A DNA stretch of 39,221 nt, taken from positions 1 through 39,221 of the forward strand of contig NW_021835533.1 of NCBI RefSeq assembly GCF_006345805.1. Direction: 5' to 3'. The stretch comes from Octopus sinensis (taxonomy: Eukaryota). The position numbers and the translations under genes are program-made. The notes below the pieces were generated by a model. It had not been told where the DNA came from and did not search any database. It saw only the letters and a list, made by a program, of their open reading frames with translations. Positions 23,753 through 34,822 of this stretch are shown piece after piece. Within the stretch, counting starts at the first letter, position 1, and each line of letters opens with the position of its first letter.

Positions 23753-24492
23753 ATTCCTCCCTATTGTCGCCCTCCTCAACTACATTTTCAAAATTCAATG
23801 AGACAAATACGTTTAACATCTATAACAATAAAAGCGAAAGAGTCTGAGAACTCCTGTATCTCAGCCAACATTTGCTCTACATAGACATATTATAACTTTT
23901 TGGAATCAGGTTGATCCAAGGTTTGAAAATCTGCCCTTCATTTGGTTCTTGAACATCCAGCACTGGGAACTTACTTTAAAACATTTGAGTTGCTATTTCT
24001 AGCATATAAAGCTTGGCTGATTACGCCTTCCTGGTGGCATTTGTCAGATGATGCCAGGGATCAAGAGAGAGATAAATGACTTTCGTTTCTTCGAGATAAG
24101 AACGCTGGGACAGAATTGGAATTCAACTTGGGACTGGAACAGAATGAATGCATTACAGAATTAATTCTTATCTGCCCTTAACCTCTGATCAAACACCACC
24201 GGGGCATATAGTCTTTATAGATGTATTATAGTCATGCTATTTAGTTGTCTATAGTTTTGGGCCGCAGGCGTAATTAGCCCTCCACAGGAGCTAGCCTAGA
24301 AGCCCGCACTGAGTGCGGCTTTTAGGCCAGTATCTAAATAGTTTTTATTAATTACAATGATGCTGCAATTTTTCTAGAATTATATTTTATTTTTTATCTT
24401 TTACTTATTTCAAGCATTCGACTGCGGCCATACTGGAGTAGCGCATAGAAAACTTTTTAGTCAAATGAATCGCTCCCAAAATTGTTAGTTTT

Positions 24493-24660
24493 AGGCGTAG
24501 GAGTTGCTGTGTGGTAAGTAGCTTGCTTACCAACAACATGGTTCCGGGTTCAGTTCCACTGCGTGGCACCTTGGGCAAGTATCTTCTACTATAGCCTCGA
24601 GCCGACCAAAGCCTTGTCAGTGGATTTGGTAGAGAAAAACTGAAAGAAGCCTGTCGTATG

Positions 24661-24697
<37 letters not shown>

Positions 24698-24712
24698 ATG
24701 TGTGTGTGTGTG

Positions 24713-24746
<34 letters not shown>

Positions 24747-24948
24747 ATTTCTGTGTCTGTGTTTGTCCCCCCAACATCGCTTGACAACCGATGCTGGTGT
24801 GTTTATGTCCCCGTAACTTAGCCGTTCGGCAAAAGAGACCGATGGAATAAGTACTAGGCTTACAAAGAATAAGTCCTGGGGTCGATTTGCTCGACTAAAG
24901 GCGGTGCTCCAGCATGGCCACAGTCAAATGACTGAAACAAGTAAAAGA
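24493..24948 (+). mobile_element. Younger SINE family A copy, full length
   Basis: Close to the family consensus from AGGCGTAGGAG to GAAACAAGTAAAAGA. Confidence 0.93.
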
Positions 24949-25000
24949 AACCGATAGAGTAGATACCAGGCCTGGTATCTACTCTATCGGTTTCTTTTAC
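24941..25000. repeat. Perfect 60 bp palindrome with no spacer
   Basis: GTAAAAGAAACCGATAGAGTAGATACCAGG | CCTGGTATCTACTCTATCGGTTTCTTTTAC, 30/30 identity between arms. Confidence 0.97.
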
Positions 25001-25399
25001 CGAACCGCTAAGTTATGGGAACATAATCACACCAACACTGGTTGTCAAGCGATGTTGGGAAACAAACGCAAATGCACACACACACGCACGCAGGCTTTAG
25101 TAGAAGACACCTACGCAAGGTACCACGGAGTGGGGCTGAACCCAGAATCATGTGGATGGGAAGCAAGCTTCTTACCATATAGCCTCACCTGCTCCTGAAG
25201 GATTGATGTTTACTACCCACTATTCACTGTTTTCTACTCTACTTTCTCTAACGAATGTCGAAGGTGAAATGAAAATATCTCCTAAAGATAAACCCGTTTA
25301 GAGTGAAAAAATATTTCGAGCGAGTCAAAGAGTGTTAACCATAACCGGATATAGTCTGTGCCTGGAATAATTCCTTTCATTGTATTGTTTGCCAAGAGT

Positions 25400-25990
25400 G
25401 TTCAACAAACCTTGCAGTAACCAAATCCTGTCTAAACCAAGCTTTACTATGAGATTCCCGTTTTTATAAAAAATGTAAGTTACTTGGAGATGTCTTTCCT
25501 TGCTCCGTAATGAAATTTGCTCCTAACCACAGTGACAGGATTACTTTTTATATGTGATAACCATGTGACTTTTACTCTTTTCTTTTACTTGAAAGTTTTG
25601 GAGAGCCACTACTTCCAAAACAGCCTAGGTTTATTTATAGTAAAATCTGCATTTAATGGATATTTACCTTTGTCTATGATACCCTTGAATTGGGCTAAAA
25701 TTACCGAAGTAGCGTGAATATCTACATTTGCTGGTTTCCCTGATATGCGAAAGCTATGGGGATTAGACAGTTTTGCCAATTTTTCAAACCATCCACGAGA
25801 AGTAACCAAGATTGAAACGAATTCTTGAACATTTGTTAAATGAATATGCAGGATAATGAATTGGAAGATTGACAATAATATTGTGATAAATCATCCACCC
25901 AAACGCTTAACAATTAATACAGATCTTCCTCCGATTTTACTGCATGGTCCAGCTGGCTTAGAAGCTTTACGGTTACTCCTATACTGAATG
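25400..25990 (-). mobile_element. pogo/Tigger-like transposase remnant (CENP-B-type HTH into DDE_1 region)
   Basis: LLSVWVDD (cf. LLSVWIED), then LVTSRGWFEKLAKLSNPHSFRISGKPANVD...FKGIIDKGKY...RLFWK (cf. ASRGWF...SGE.A.AD...IIEEG.Y...GLFWK). Many stops downstream. Confidence 0.8.
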
Positions 25991-26220
25991 GTAATTATTA
26001 TTGTATCAAATCGATTAATTTTGATTTTATGAAGTTTACAATGGAAATTCTAATATTTCAACAAAATTCCTTTTCTTTTCTACACCAACACTTCTTCAAA
26101 TCTTTAGTTCGGTATCTAATAATATTGTTGTAAACACCATATACACACATATAAAATATATCGAAACAAAAAGAGAGAGGGAGCTATATGTAAATATATA
26201 TGCATACATAGATATATGCA

Positions 26221-26308
<88 letters not shown>

Positions 26309-27210
26309 TGTCTGTGTGTGTATGTAGATATGTATGTATGCTAGTATGTATATATATACCTTATATACCTACACATATATGTACGTATGTATATGCACCC
26401 ATACATACACATAAGGATAGATACAGACAGAGAGACGGACTGACAGATAGGCAACTAGCAGGATAGGAACGCAAATAATAAATAGGAAAGCTCGATAGGC
26501 GTGTATGTATGTTTGTGTATGTATGTGTGTATGTATATATGTGTCTGTGTGTATATATATAAAAAGAGAGAGAGAGAGAGAGAGAGAGGAGAGCGGTGCA
26601 TCAGAACTCAGGAGACATACAGCCAGAGAAATAGCCTGCGTTGGTGATGTGGGGTTGGAATGATATTCTGAAGTAATTTCTGGTAGATTTCTCCTTTCTG
26701 GGTTGATGTGTGCCATGTCACGTAGGTACCCGGAAGGGATGTCTTCAATAACAAAATATACAACAACAAAAAACAACAACAACAACAACAACAAAAAGCC
26801 ACAAACAAGCGCCATAACTTATAACTGGAATGACAACAGCAATAATATTAAGAAGACACAACAACAAGAAGATGATGAACAACAGCTAGAACTGCAATGG
26901 TAACAAAAACATCAACAGTAATACAGACAACAGCGTACGTCTGGAGTGACAACAACGACAATGGGAACAATAATTTTATCAAAAACAACAACAACGATAT
27001 CGTCAATAACAGCATTGTTGATGACAACAACAATAATGATATCAGTAACAACAACAACAACAACACATAGCATTAGCCGCAAGAGTAACAACAGCCACAA
27101 CAACAACATCAACAACTACAGTATCAACAGCAAAAACCACAGCATTAGTAACAATGATAACATTAATAATATTAATGATGATCATGATGATAATAATAAT
27201 AATAATAATG

Positions 27211-27264
<54 letters not shown>

Positions 27265-27390
27265 TAATCCTTTCAACTATGGGTACAAGACCTGAAATTT
27301 AGGGGGAGGAGGCAAGAAGAAGAAGAAGAAGAACAACAACAACAACAATAACAACAGCAGCAGCGTCAATAACAACAAAAACAATAATAA

Positions 27391-27926
27391 GATGCACTAC
27401 AAGGCACTTTCTCTCATGGCTTCCGATCATAATTGATTGGAAGTGCTATCATGTACATTGTTTTGTCTTGGTATAAAAGATGGGTTACAGCAAATATTCC
27501 TGCTCAATACTACAGATTTGCTTGTCAGTTGCTTGACATTAACCAGCTGAGCATGTCCCTTAGTGGTTGACGATATGTGAATCTCTGATCACGAGCAGAA
27601 GTAGTGAGGTAGCATCATAGCTGTGTGTTGAGAAGAATTCTTTGGGATTTGAATAATTCAACTCTGGAAACATAGGCGATTCGTTCAGCATCCTTAAACA
27701 ACCCTTATTTTCGAACAGTTTGAGCAGGATCGGCTACTGGACTGGACCTGAAGAAAATTCTAACTGGGCTTCATCTGCAAGGTCATACGCTGTTGCGCAC
27801 ATATGGTTGTGATGCATGTACCTGTGATGATGTACCCTTATCAGCCGGGTAGTCATGATGGGTATATTGGGCTTCGTATGTTTGTACTTCAGTGTCACTT
27901 TAATAGCATGTATTGCTCTCTCACTC
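27391..27926 (+). mobile_element. Family E non-coding element flanked by AAT/AAC repeats
   Basis: Collinear with 34821-35375 over ~535 bp. Confidence 0.88.
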
Positions 27927-27962
27927 AATAATAACAACAACAGCAACAACAATAATGAACAA

Positions 27963-28466
27963 GATGGTGAAACGGATGGCATATTACCAGTCATTGTACA
28001 CCACTAGCCCAGAAAGGATACAAGAGATGTCATGACAATATAGCAAGGATTGGCTATTTGACACTTTTCAAAAAGTATGGACTTGACAGAGAAAAAAGTG
28101 GTACGAACATAAACCCGAAGGCATCATCGAAAATGATAATGCAAAGATCCTGTGTGATTTTATGATTCAGTGTGATTATGAGATAGAGAATAGGAAGCCA
28201 GACATAGTCTTAATTGAGAAAGAAAGCAAACGATGATGGGTCATATATATAGCATGTCCAGCTGACAACAGGGTATGCGATAAGAAAGAAGGAAAAGTCG
28301 ATAGATAAAACAGGTAAGCTTGGGAGGTTAAGCAGTTGTAGTCGAGGAAAAAGGTGATAGTAGTACCAATAATTGCCGGAACTCTGGGAACAGTGATTAT
28401 AAATCTTGAAAAGTACATGGAATAAATAAGGCCTGCAATAAGGGTGGAGCACTTGAAGAAAACAGT
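27963..28466 (+). mobile_element. R4/Dong-like non-LTR retrotransposon C-terminal fragment (zinc knuckle end and restriction-like endonuclease)
   Basis: WHITSHCTPLAQKGYKRCHDNIAR...KWYEHKPEGIIENDNAKILCDFMIQCDYEIENRKPDIVLIEKE...VIVVPIIAGTLG, with RKPDIVL at 28192-28212. Frameshift and stops; embedded in AAT/AAC repeats. Confidence 0.9.
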
Positions 28467-28659
28467 AATAATAATAATAATAATAACAACAACAACAATA
28501 ACAACAACAACAACAACAACAATAATAATAAGAATAAGAAGAAGAAGAAGAAGACAATAATAACAATAATAATAATAATATCAATAACAATAACAATAAC
28601 AATAACAATAATAATAATAAGAAGAAGAAGAAGAACAACAACAACAACACAACAACAAC

Positions 28660-28715
<56 letters not shown>

Positions 28716-28965
28716 TAATGATAACAATAATAATAATAATAACAATAACAATAATAATAATAATAATAGTAATAGTAATAGTAATAATAATAATAATAAT
28801 AGTAATAGTAATAGTAATAGTAATAATAATAATAATATAATAATAATAATAATAGTAATAGTAATAGTAATAATGATAATGATAATAATAATGATGATAA
28901 TAATGATGACGACGACGACGACGATGACGATGACGATGACGATGATGATGATGATGATGATGATA
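28467..28965. repeat. Compound (AAT)/(AAC)/(AAG)/(AATAGT)/(GAT) microsatellite
   Basis: Directly visible. Confidence 0.96.
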
Positions 28966-29412
28966 TCTACCACAGTTATGACATTATCAATGAAGAATTA
29001 TCAAGACAGTACTCAACAATGCTGTCAATATAACACATATATATCGGATTCCCAGACCTACCTTTCTGGCTCTTTAGGGAGAAGCACTGAGCAGATATGA
29101 TGTTTTCACACCTTTTACCACAAGAGAATTTTTTTCCTAATTACTGTTTGGCGGTGATGCTGCTATTTTTATCCCGACCATGCGGTCCACTAGCACAACT
29201 TTTTAGTTAATTATATTGTTTTGAATCTGCCCAGAATTATCTCTCTACATTATTTCCCATTAAGGAATCTGATGGGATGGGGTAAAGCACACGTTCGATA
29301 TGGTGTTTTTAGACCTTTTACCATAAGCGAAAATTGTTTTTTCTCCACGGTAACTGCAGCGAATTTGCCTTTAGAAGTTAAAATGTCAATCTTATTTTAA
29401 CTATAAATATGT

Positions 29413-29570
29413 AGGCGCAGGAGTGGCTGCGTGGTAAGCAGCTTGCTTACCAGCCACATGGTTCCGGATTCATTCCCTCTGCGTGGCATCTATAGTGTCT
29501 TCTACTATAGCATCGGGCCGACCAAAGTCTTGTGAGTAGATTTGGTAGACGGAAACTGAAAAAGCCCATC

Positions 29571-29602
<32 letters not shown>

Positions 29603-29698
29603 TATATATATAGTGTCTTCTACTATAGCCTCGGGCCGACCAAAGCCTTGTGAGTGGATTTGGTAGACGGAAACTGAAAGAAGCCCGTCGTATATATG

Positions 29699-29737
<39 letters not shown>

Positions 29738-29945
29738 TTCTGTGTCTGTGTTTGTTCCCCTAGCATTGCATGACAACCGATGCTGGTGTGTTTATGTCCC
29801 CGTTACCTAGCGTTTCGGCAAAAGAGACCGATAGAATTACTGGGCTTACAAAAGAATAAGTCCCGGGGTCGAGTTGCTCGATTAAAGGCGGTGCTCCAGC
29901 ATGGCTGCAGTCAAATGACTGAAACAAGTAAAGGAGTAAAGAGAG
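29413..29945 (+). mobile_element. SINE family A with internal ~80 bp block present twice
   Basis: TAGTGTCTTCTACTATAGC...AAGCCC(A/G)TCG occurs at 29493-29572 and 29611-29690, separated by (TA)n. Confidence 0.9.
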
Positions 29946-30019
29946 TATGTGTGTGTGTGTTTGTTTGTGTAACATATATATACACATGCACACAACGAAG
30001 TCAAAATGTAATACAAATG

Positions 30020-30467
30020 AAAATTGCATTACTTTCTGACTCACCTTCGAACGTATATCAAACAACTTTCCATTACTTACAACAGCCTATTGAGAGTTAT
30101 TATTGAAGCGTGCCCCGTGCAAAACAAACTGAGAAACTCCAGAAGAACTAAATGATGGCCTTTCAACGGTTGTTTAACATTTACATGATACGGAAACTCA
30201 GAAAAGGCTCGATAGATGGGTGTCACATGAGCTGAAGAAAATCTTTGAAAAGCTGCCGTTGTAAAATGTGTTCTGCGTTTCTTTTGCGCTGACAAAAAAA
30301 AACCGATTCATTTCTTGTTCCTGTTGTGATATGTAACAGAACATTAATTCTTTGTGATGAGCGAAGGTGTTTCTCCGCACAGACTGGCCAAAGAGGAGCA
30401 CCAAATTACTTTCTCAAAATGAAGACCATATCAAAAGAAATATTTACCGTCACTCTTACGTGTTGGA
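30020..30467 (+). mobile_element. Mariner transposase middle fragment, preceded by a lone TIR-like sequence
   Basis: ETPEELNDGLSTVV*HLHDTETQKRLDRWVSHEL (cf. WVPHEL) then DSFLVPVVICNRTLILCDERR...GAPNYFLK. TIR-like TTGCATTACTTTCTGACTCACCTTCGAACGTA at ~30024-30055. Confidence 0.78.
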
Positions 30468-30520
30468 TATGAAACAAGACATACTGATTCTCTGAAGAGA
30501 GTGAGTATCATTGTCTTTGT

Positions 30521-30905
30521 AAGGCGGCGTGGTAGCAGAACGGTTAGTGCGACGGGCCAAATGCTTAGCGGTTTTTCGTTCTGAGTTCAAATTCCGCCGA
30601 GGTAGACTTTGCCTTTCATCCTTTCGGGGTCGATAAATTAAGTACCAGTTACACACTGGGGTCGATATAATCGACTTAATCCGTTTGTCTGTCCTTGTTT
30701 GTTCTCTCTGTGTTTGGCCCCTTGTGGGTAGTAAAGAAATAGGTATTTCGTCTGTCATTAAGTTCTGAGTTCAAATTCCGCCGAGGTCGACTTTGCTTTT
30801 CATCCTTTTGAGGTTGATGAAATAAGTACCAGTTGAGCACTGGGGTCAATGTAATCAGTTTAGCCCCTCACCCAAAACTGCTAGCCTTCAGACAAAATTT
30901 AGAAC
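30521..30905 (+). mobile_element. SINE B2 with a 5'-truncated B1 copy (30580-30741) nested in the same orientation
   Basis: Candidate TSD GGT(T/A)TTTCGT at 30570-30579 and 30742-30751; two central domains and two different tails. Confidence 0.85.
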
Positions 30906-30984
30906 CAATATTATTACCTTTGTGCCAACCAGACAGTTACTTGTTTCGGTCTTCCCACTGCTGACGTTGTTCCAGTTACTGCTC

Positions 30985-31170
30985 TTGTTCTTCTTGTTCT
31001 CGTTCTTGTTTAAGACGTAGATCAAACCTGTTCAAAGGATCCAATGATGGAAGATCTCCCAATTATGATCAACTCGCCTAAGACTGCATTATTTATCGCG
31101 TTCTTCCGGATGCAATTTAAGGGAGATTTTGAGACCCGTTTCTAGGTCAAGCGTCACCATAAAGGCTCAC
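30985..31170 (-). repeat. Dispersed family D, degraded
   Basis: Reverse complement ATGGTGACGCTTGACCTAGAAACGGGTCTCAAAATCTCCCTTAAAT...TCCTTTGAACAGG. Confidence 0.45.
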
Positions 31171-31199
31171 TTATTGGTTCATGTTGTCGATGTTGCTAT

Positions 31200-32270
31200 G
31201 GTTATTGGAGCTATGGTGGTGGTGGTGATGGTGATGGTGGTGGTGGTGGTGGTGGTGGTGGTATTATGATAGAGATAATGGTGTTCGTGATAAGTCAGAA
31301 AAATTTGCCTCTACGATGTTGTGATCGCTGTCGATCACAAATTAAATATGGTCCCCATCTTACCTAAGGCATTAATCCCAGCCAACAGACCTCGTCCCCA
31401 TATTACACACCTCTTCTGTTTTCTTCTCTCCCGTCCATCCTCCTGCGTTTGGGATTGAGGCAACGAATAAAAAGCTCGACTACCATTACACCGCCACTAC
31501 CGCCACTACCACCGCCACCGCGACCAAAGACGCTGACGACGATGACGACGATGACAATGACGACGATGACGATGATAGTGATGACAATGGTGATGATGAT
31601 GATGATAATGATGATAACGCTTCATTGTCTTGTTTATATGTTTAACGTGCGTGTTTGTACGTGGGCATGCGCATGAACGTTTGAATGTATATGCATATAA
31701 ATACATATATATATATATATACATGTACATCCACATATTACATATATGCATACATACACATGCACATGCAAAATATTTGTATATGTAGTTTTATTGAACT
31801 ACTATGCTTTGGGTATCGTTTATCATCTAATGACGTCTGGAGTACCAATCATGGATTTTAAAGCGGATAAGTGGAGGGGTTTCGAATATCTGTGGTCACC
31901 CTTGGGCGACCCGTGGGTTTCTCTAATTGTTGATGTTGCTAGTGGTGATGGTAACGACAGTGTTGTTAATACTGGTGGTGGTGGTGGTGGTGGTGGTGAT
32001 TGTGGTGGTGGTGGTGGTGGTGGTGGTGGTGGTAGTAGTGGTGGTTGCAGCCAGCGGTGGTGACGGCGGTTTCATTGCTGGTGGAGGTGGTGGTAGTTGT
32101 GGTGGTTGTGGTGGTGGTGGTAGTGGTGGTTGCAGCTAGCGGTGGTGGCGGCGGTTGCATCGCTGGTGGTGGTGGTGGTGGTGTGGAGGTGGTGGTCGTG
32201 GAGGTGGCGGTCGTTGTGGTGATGGTGGTGATCGTGGGGGGGGGGTAATAGTGGTGTTGGTGGTGATTGG
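31200..32270. repeat. Interrupted (GGT)n/(GAT)n low-complexity region
   Basis: Directly visible blocks at 31215-31262, 31490-31615 and 31930-32270. Confidence 0.88.
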
Positions 32271-32984
32271 AGGCCTGGCGGCTTATTTGCCAGGAAATAT
32301 TTGCAAGCTAGCACGAACCATTTCTGGGGACACACATACTTAATCTCAAACATCCCCATCCGCAATTTCACATACACAGAAACCCACTCACTCACACACG
32401 CATATATACGTCGGTGCACATAGATATACGCACATATGCGCACATGCGCGCTCGCAGGTTCCCACACACAATAACACTTACACATACTGATGGAACACCT
32501 TGACAGGTTAGTGGGACATCGAGAAACTCTGTCGTGGCTCAGTGACAGCGCGACAAACCGCATTTGCATACTTAAACGCATACGCATCAACAACACACAT
32601 GTACGCGCACACAAACATACATACGTATACACACACGTACTCACACACTCTGTGGAAACCGTCACAGTGTGACAGACGCATCAACACCTGCAAAAAATTT
32701 CTCACACACAAAGACACACGCATACACACATATACGAACACATACACACCTGAAGACACGTACAAGTACACGCATACACACGTGCACGCACACGCACACA
32801 CATACAGGCACTCACGCGCACACACACATTCTCTCTCTCTCTCTCTCACACACCACCTTCATTCTTTCGCTGTTTTTAGTGCTGGTGCACCGCCTGATGA
32901 GCTGATATACCAGCTGATACAATGAAAAACATAGAAATCCTGCAGCACCTTCAGACGCCTACATCAGTGACATACCACCTACCA

Positions 32985-34645
32985 CACTTTAACACATACT
33001 GTATTTTGAGGGGGCAGCATGTTCCGCCTTTGTATAGCCAACCACAGCTGCATGGGATTGAGTACACGCAGTTCTTAGTCATATTCTCTTCTATTGGTGG
33101 TTTTACTCGTAGGAGATATTTGCGAAGTGTTGTATTACTTTTAAATACTGTCCTGATGTCATATGGGCCGCATATCTTTTGTATCTTTTCGGAGGGGCCT
33201 TTCACATAAGGTAGACAGACTGTGCACAATTCATCGGTTTCATCCTCTCTTTTCTTCATAATTGGAGAGGAGTGTATGCTTTTGGGGTAGTTGGTGCTTA
33301 ATAGATTTTTACTGAACTTCATCAGTTCTTCGTGTTGGGTATCACGATTGCTACTTATATTCATTGCTCGATGTTTTAGGCACGGAGAAATCCCTCTCTT
33401 TACACTGTATGGATGGTGAGTATTGATGTTGTGGTATCGTCCAGTAAAGGTCGGCTTGCAGTATACGGATGTTCTGAATCCATAGTTGGTGCGTGTTATT
33501 TAAACGTCCAGAAATGCTAGCTGATTGTATTTTTCTTTTTCCATTGTGAACTGTATGGATGGCTTTATTGAGTTCACATAATCTAACAGCACTTGGACAT
33601 CTTTCCTGGTGGGGCCAGTGTATGAAAGTGTCATCAAGATATCGCAGCCATAGGGTTGGTTTTAGTGGTGTTGATCCTAAAGCCAAATTCTCAAAGTATT
33701 CCATGTATATATTGGCTATTATCGGTGATAATGGCGAACCCATAGCTAAACACCCTTCTTGTCGATATATATCAGTGTTCATACTGAAGTAGGTAGTTTC
33801 TACACAGGTCATCATTTCCATCAAGTTTCTTAGTGCTATACTAGTGCGTTCTTGAGGATGGGTGTCAGTCACTAGTTTTTTCATGAATCACCTATAGTGC
33901 TTCACCAGTTGGGACTTTAGTGAACAGGCTTATCACATCTAGACTCACTATCTGGTTGGATGCAATGGGGGTATCCTTGATCAATTCTGTGAAGTGGGTG
34001 GAATTCTTCACGTACAATGTTGGCTTTCTTACTAATGGACTCATTATATCCATAAGGAAGCGGCTCAGTGGATGACATGCTGAACCTCTACAGCTCACTA
34101 TAAGTCTTAATGGAATACCATCCTTGTGAATCTTAGGAAAACCGTACATGTGTGGTAGTTTACTGTAGTGTTGAGTCAGTTGTCTGTACTTCATTGGTGT
34201 AAAGTGATCCTTGTTCTTGATCAAGATCTGTGACAACTCTCCCTCTGTTTTCAAAGTAGGGTCTTTACTTTGCCAGTTTTTCCGAGTAGTCAGACTTGTT
34301 CATCACCACTGTAGCATTTCCCTTGTCTGCTGGAAGTATTATGATCGAATTGTCACTCTGTAGTCTTTTGATAGCGAACGTTTCTTCCTTAGTGATGTTT
34401 GGTTTGGGAAGTTTCGCTTTTTCTAGTACCTGTCTCACTTTCCACCTTAGTTCATCTCCCTGAGCTTTTGGCATCTTTATGGCTATCTCTTCAATAGGGG
34501 CTATTATGTACAAGTATGGAATGCGCTTGATGGTTGTTGCAAAGTTGAGGCCTTTGTTTAGTACTGCTTCTTCAGAGCTTTCTAGATGTCGGATACTTAC
34601 ATTAATTACTGCTTTCACAGGTGGGTGACGGACTTCAGTCTTCAT
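32985..34645 (-). pseudogene. Penelope-like retroelement ORF: near-complete RT and first half of GIY-YIG, frameshifted
   Basis: LNKGLNFA, IIILPADKGNATVVMNKSDY, MYGFPKIHKDGIPLRLIVS, VSLDVISLFTKVP, LAMGSPLSPIIANIYMEYFE, WLRYLDDTF, VCLPYVKGPSEKI, NCVYSIPCSCGWLY. Split over 4 ORFs by frameshifts and a deletion; GIY-YIG truncated. Confidence 0.95.
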
Positions 34646-34654
34646 TCCCTGACA

Positions 34655-34655
<1 letters not shown>

Positions 34656-34730
<75 letters not shown>

Positions 34731-34767
34731 TAACAACAACAACAACAACAACAACAACAATAATAAC

Positions 34768-34820
<53 letters not shown>
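34656..34820. repeat. (AAT)n/(AAC)n microsatellite
   Basis: Directly visible. Confidence 0.97.

Positions 34821-34822
<2 letters not shown>

Larger units (their letters stand above)
24400..25195 (-). mobile_element. Old SINE family A copy split by a younger antisense copy
   Basis: Head at 25195 leftwards to 24971; tail resumes at ~24492-24400 (reverse complement CTCCAGTATGGCCGCAGTCGAATGCTTGAAATAAGTAAAA). Confidence 0.82.

Noticed and set aside
26590-26760. Possible minus-strand exon (two open frames, GTATGT donor)
   Set aside because: Weak acceptor, no recognisable peptide, and short open frames are expected by chance.
28210-29100. Poly-L/I/M ORFs resembling membrane proteins
   Set aside because: Trinucleotide repeats; the only real coding signal nearby is the Dong-like fragment on the plus strand.
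31746-32343. Gly/Val/His-rich ORFs
   Set aside because: (GGT)n low complexity.
32890-32930. CTGATGA-GCTG-ATATAC-CAGC hammerhead-like motif beside the PLE 3' break
   Set aside because: GAAA is 9 nt away from stem II and no UH/stem III can be formed; at best a broken relic.
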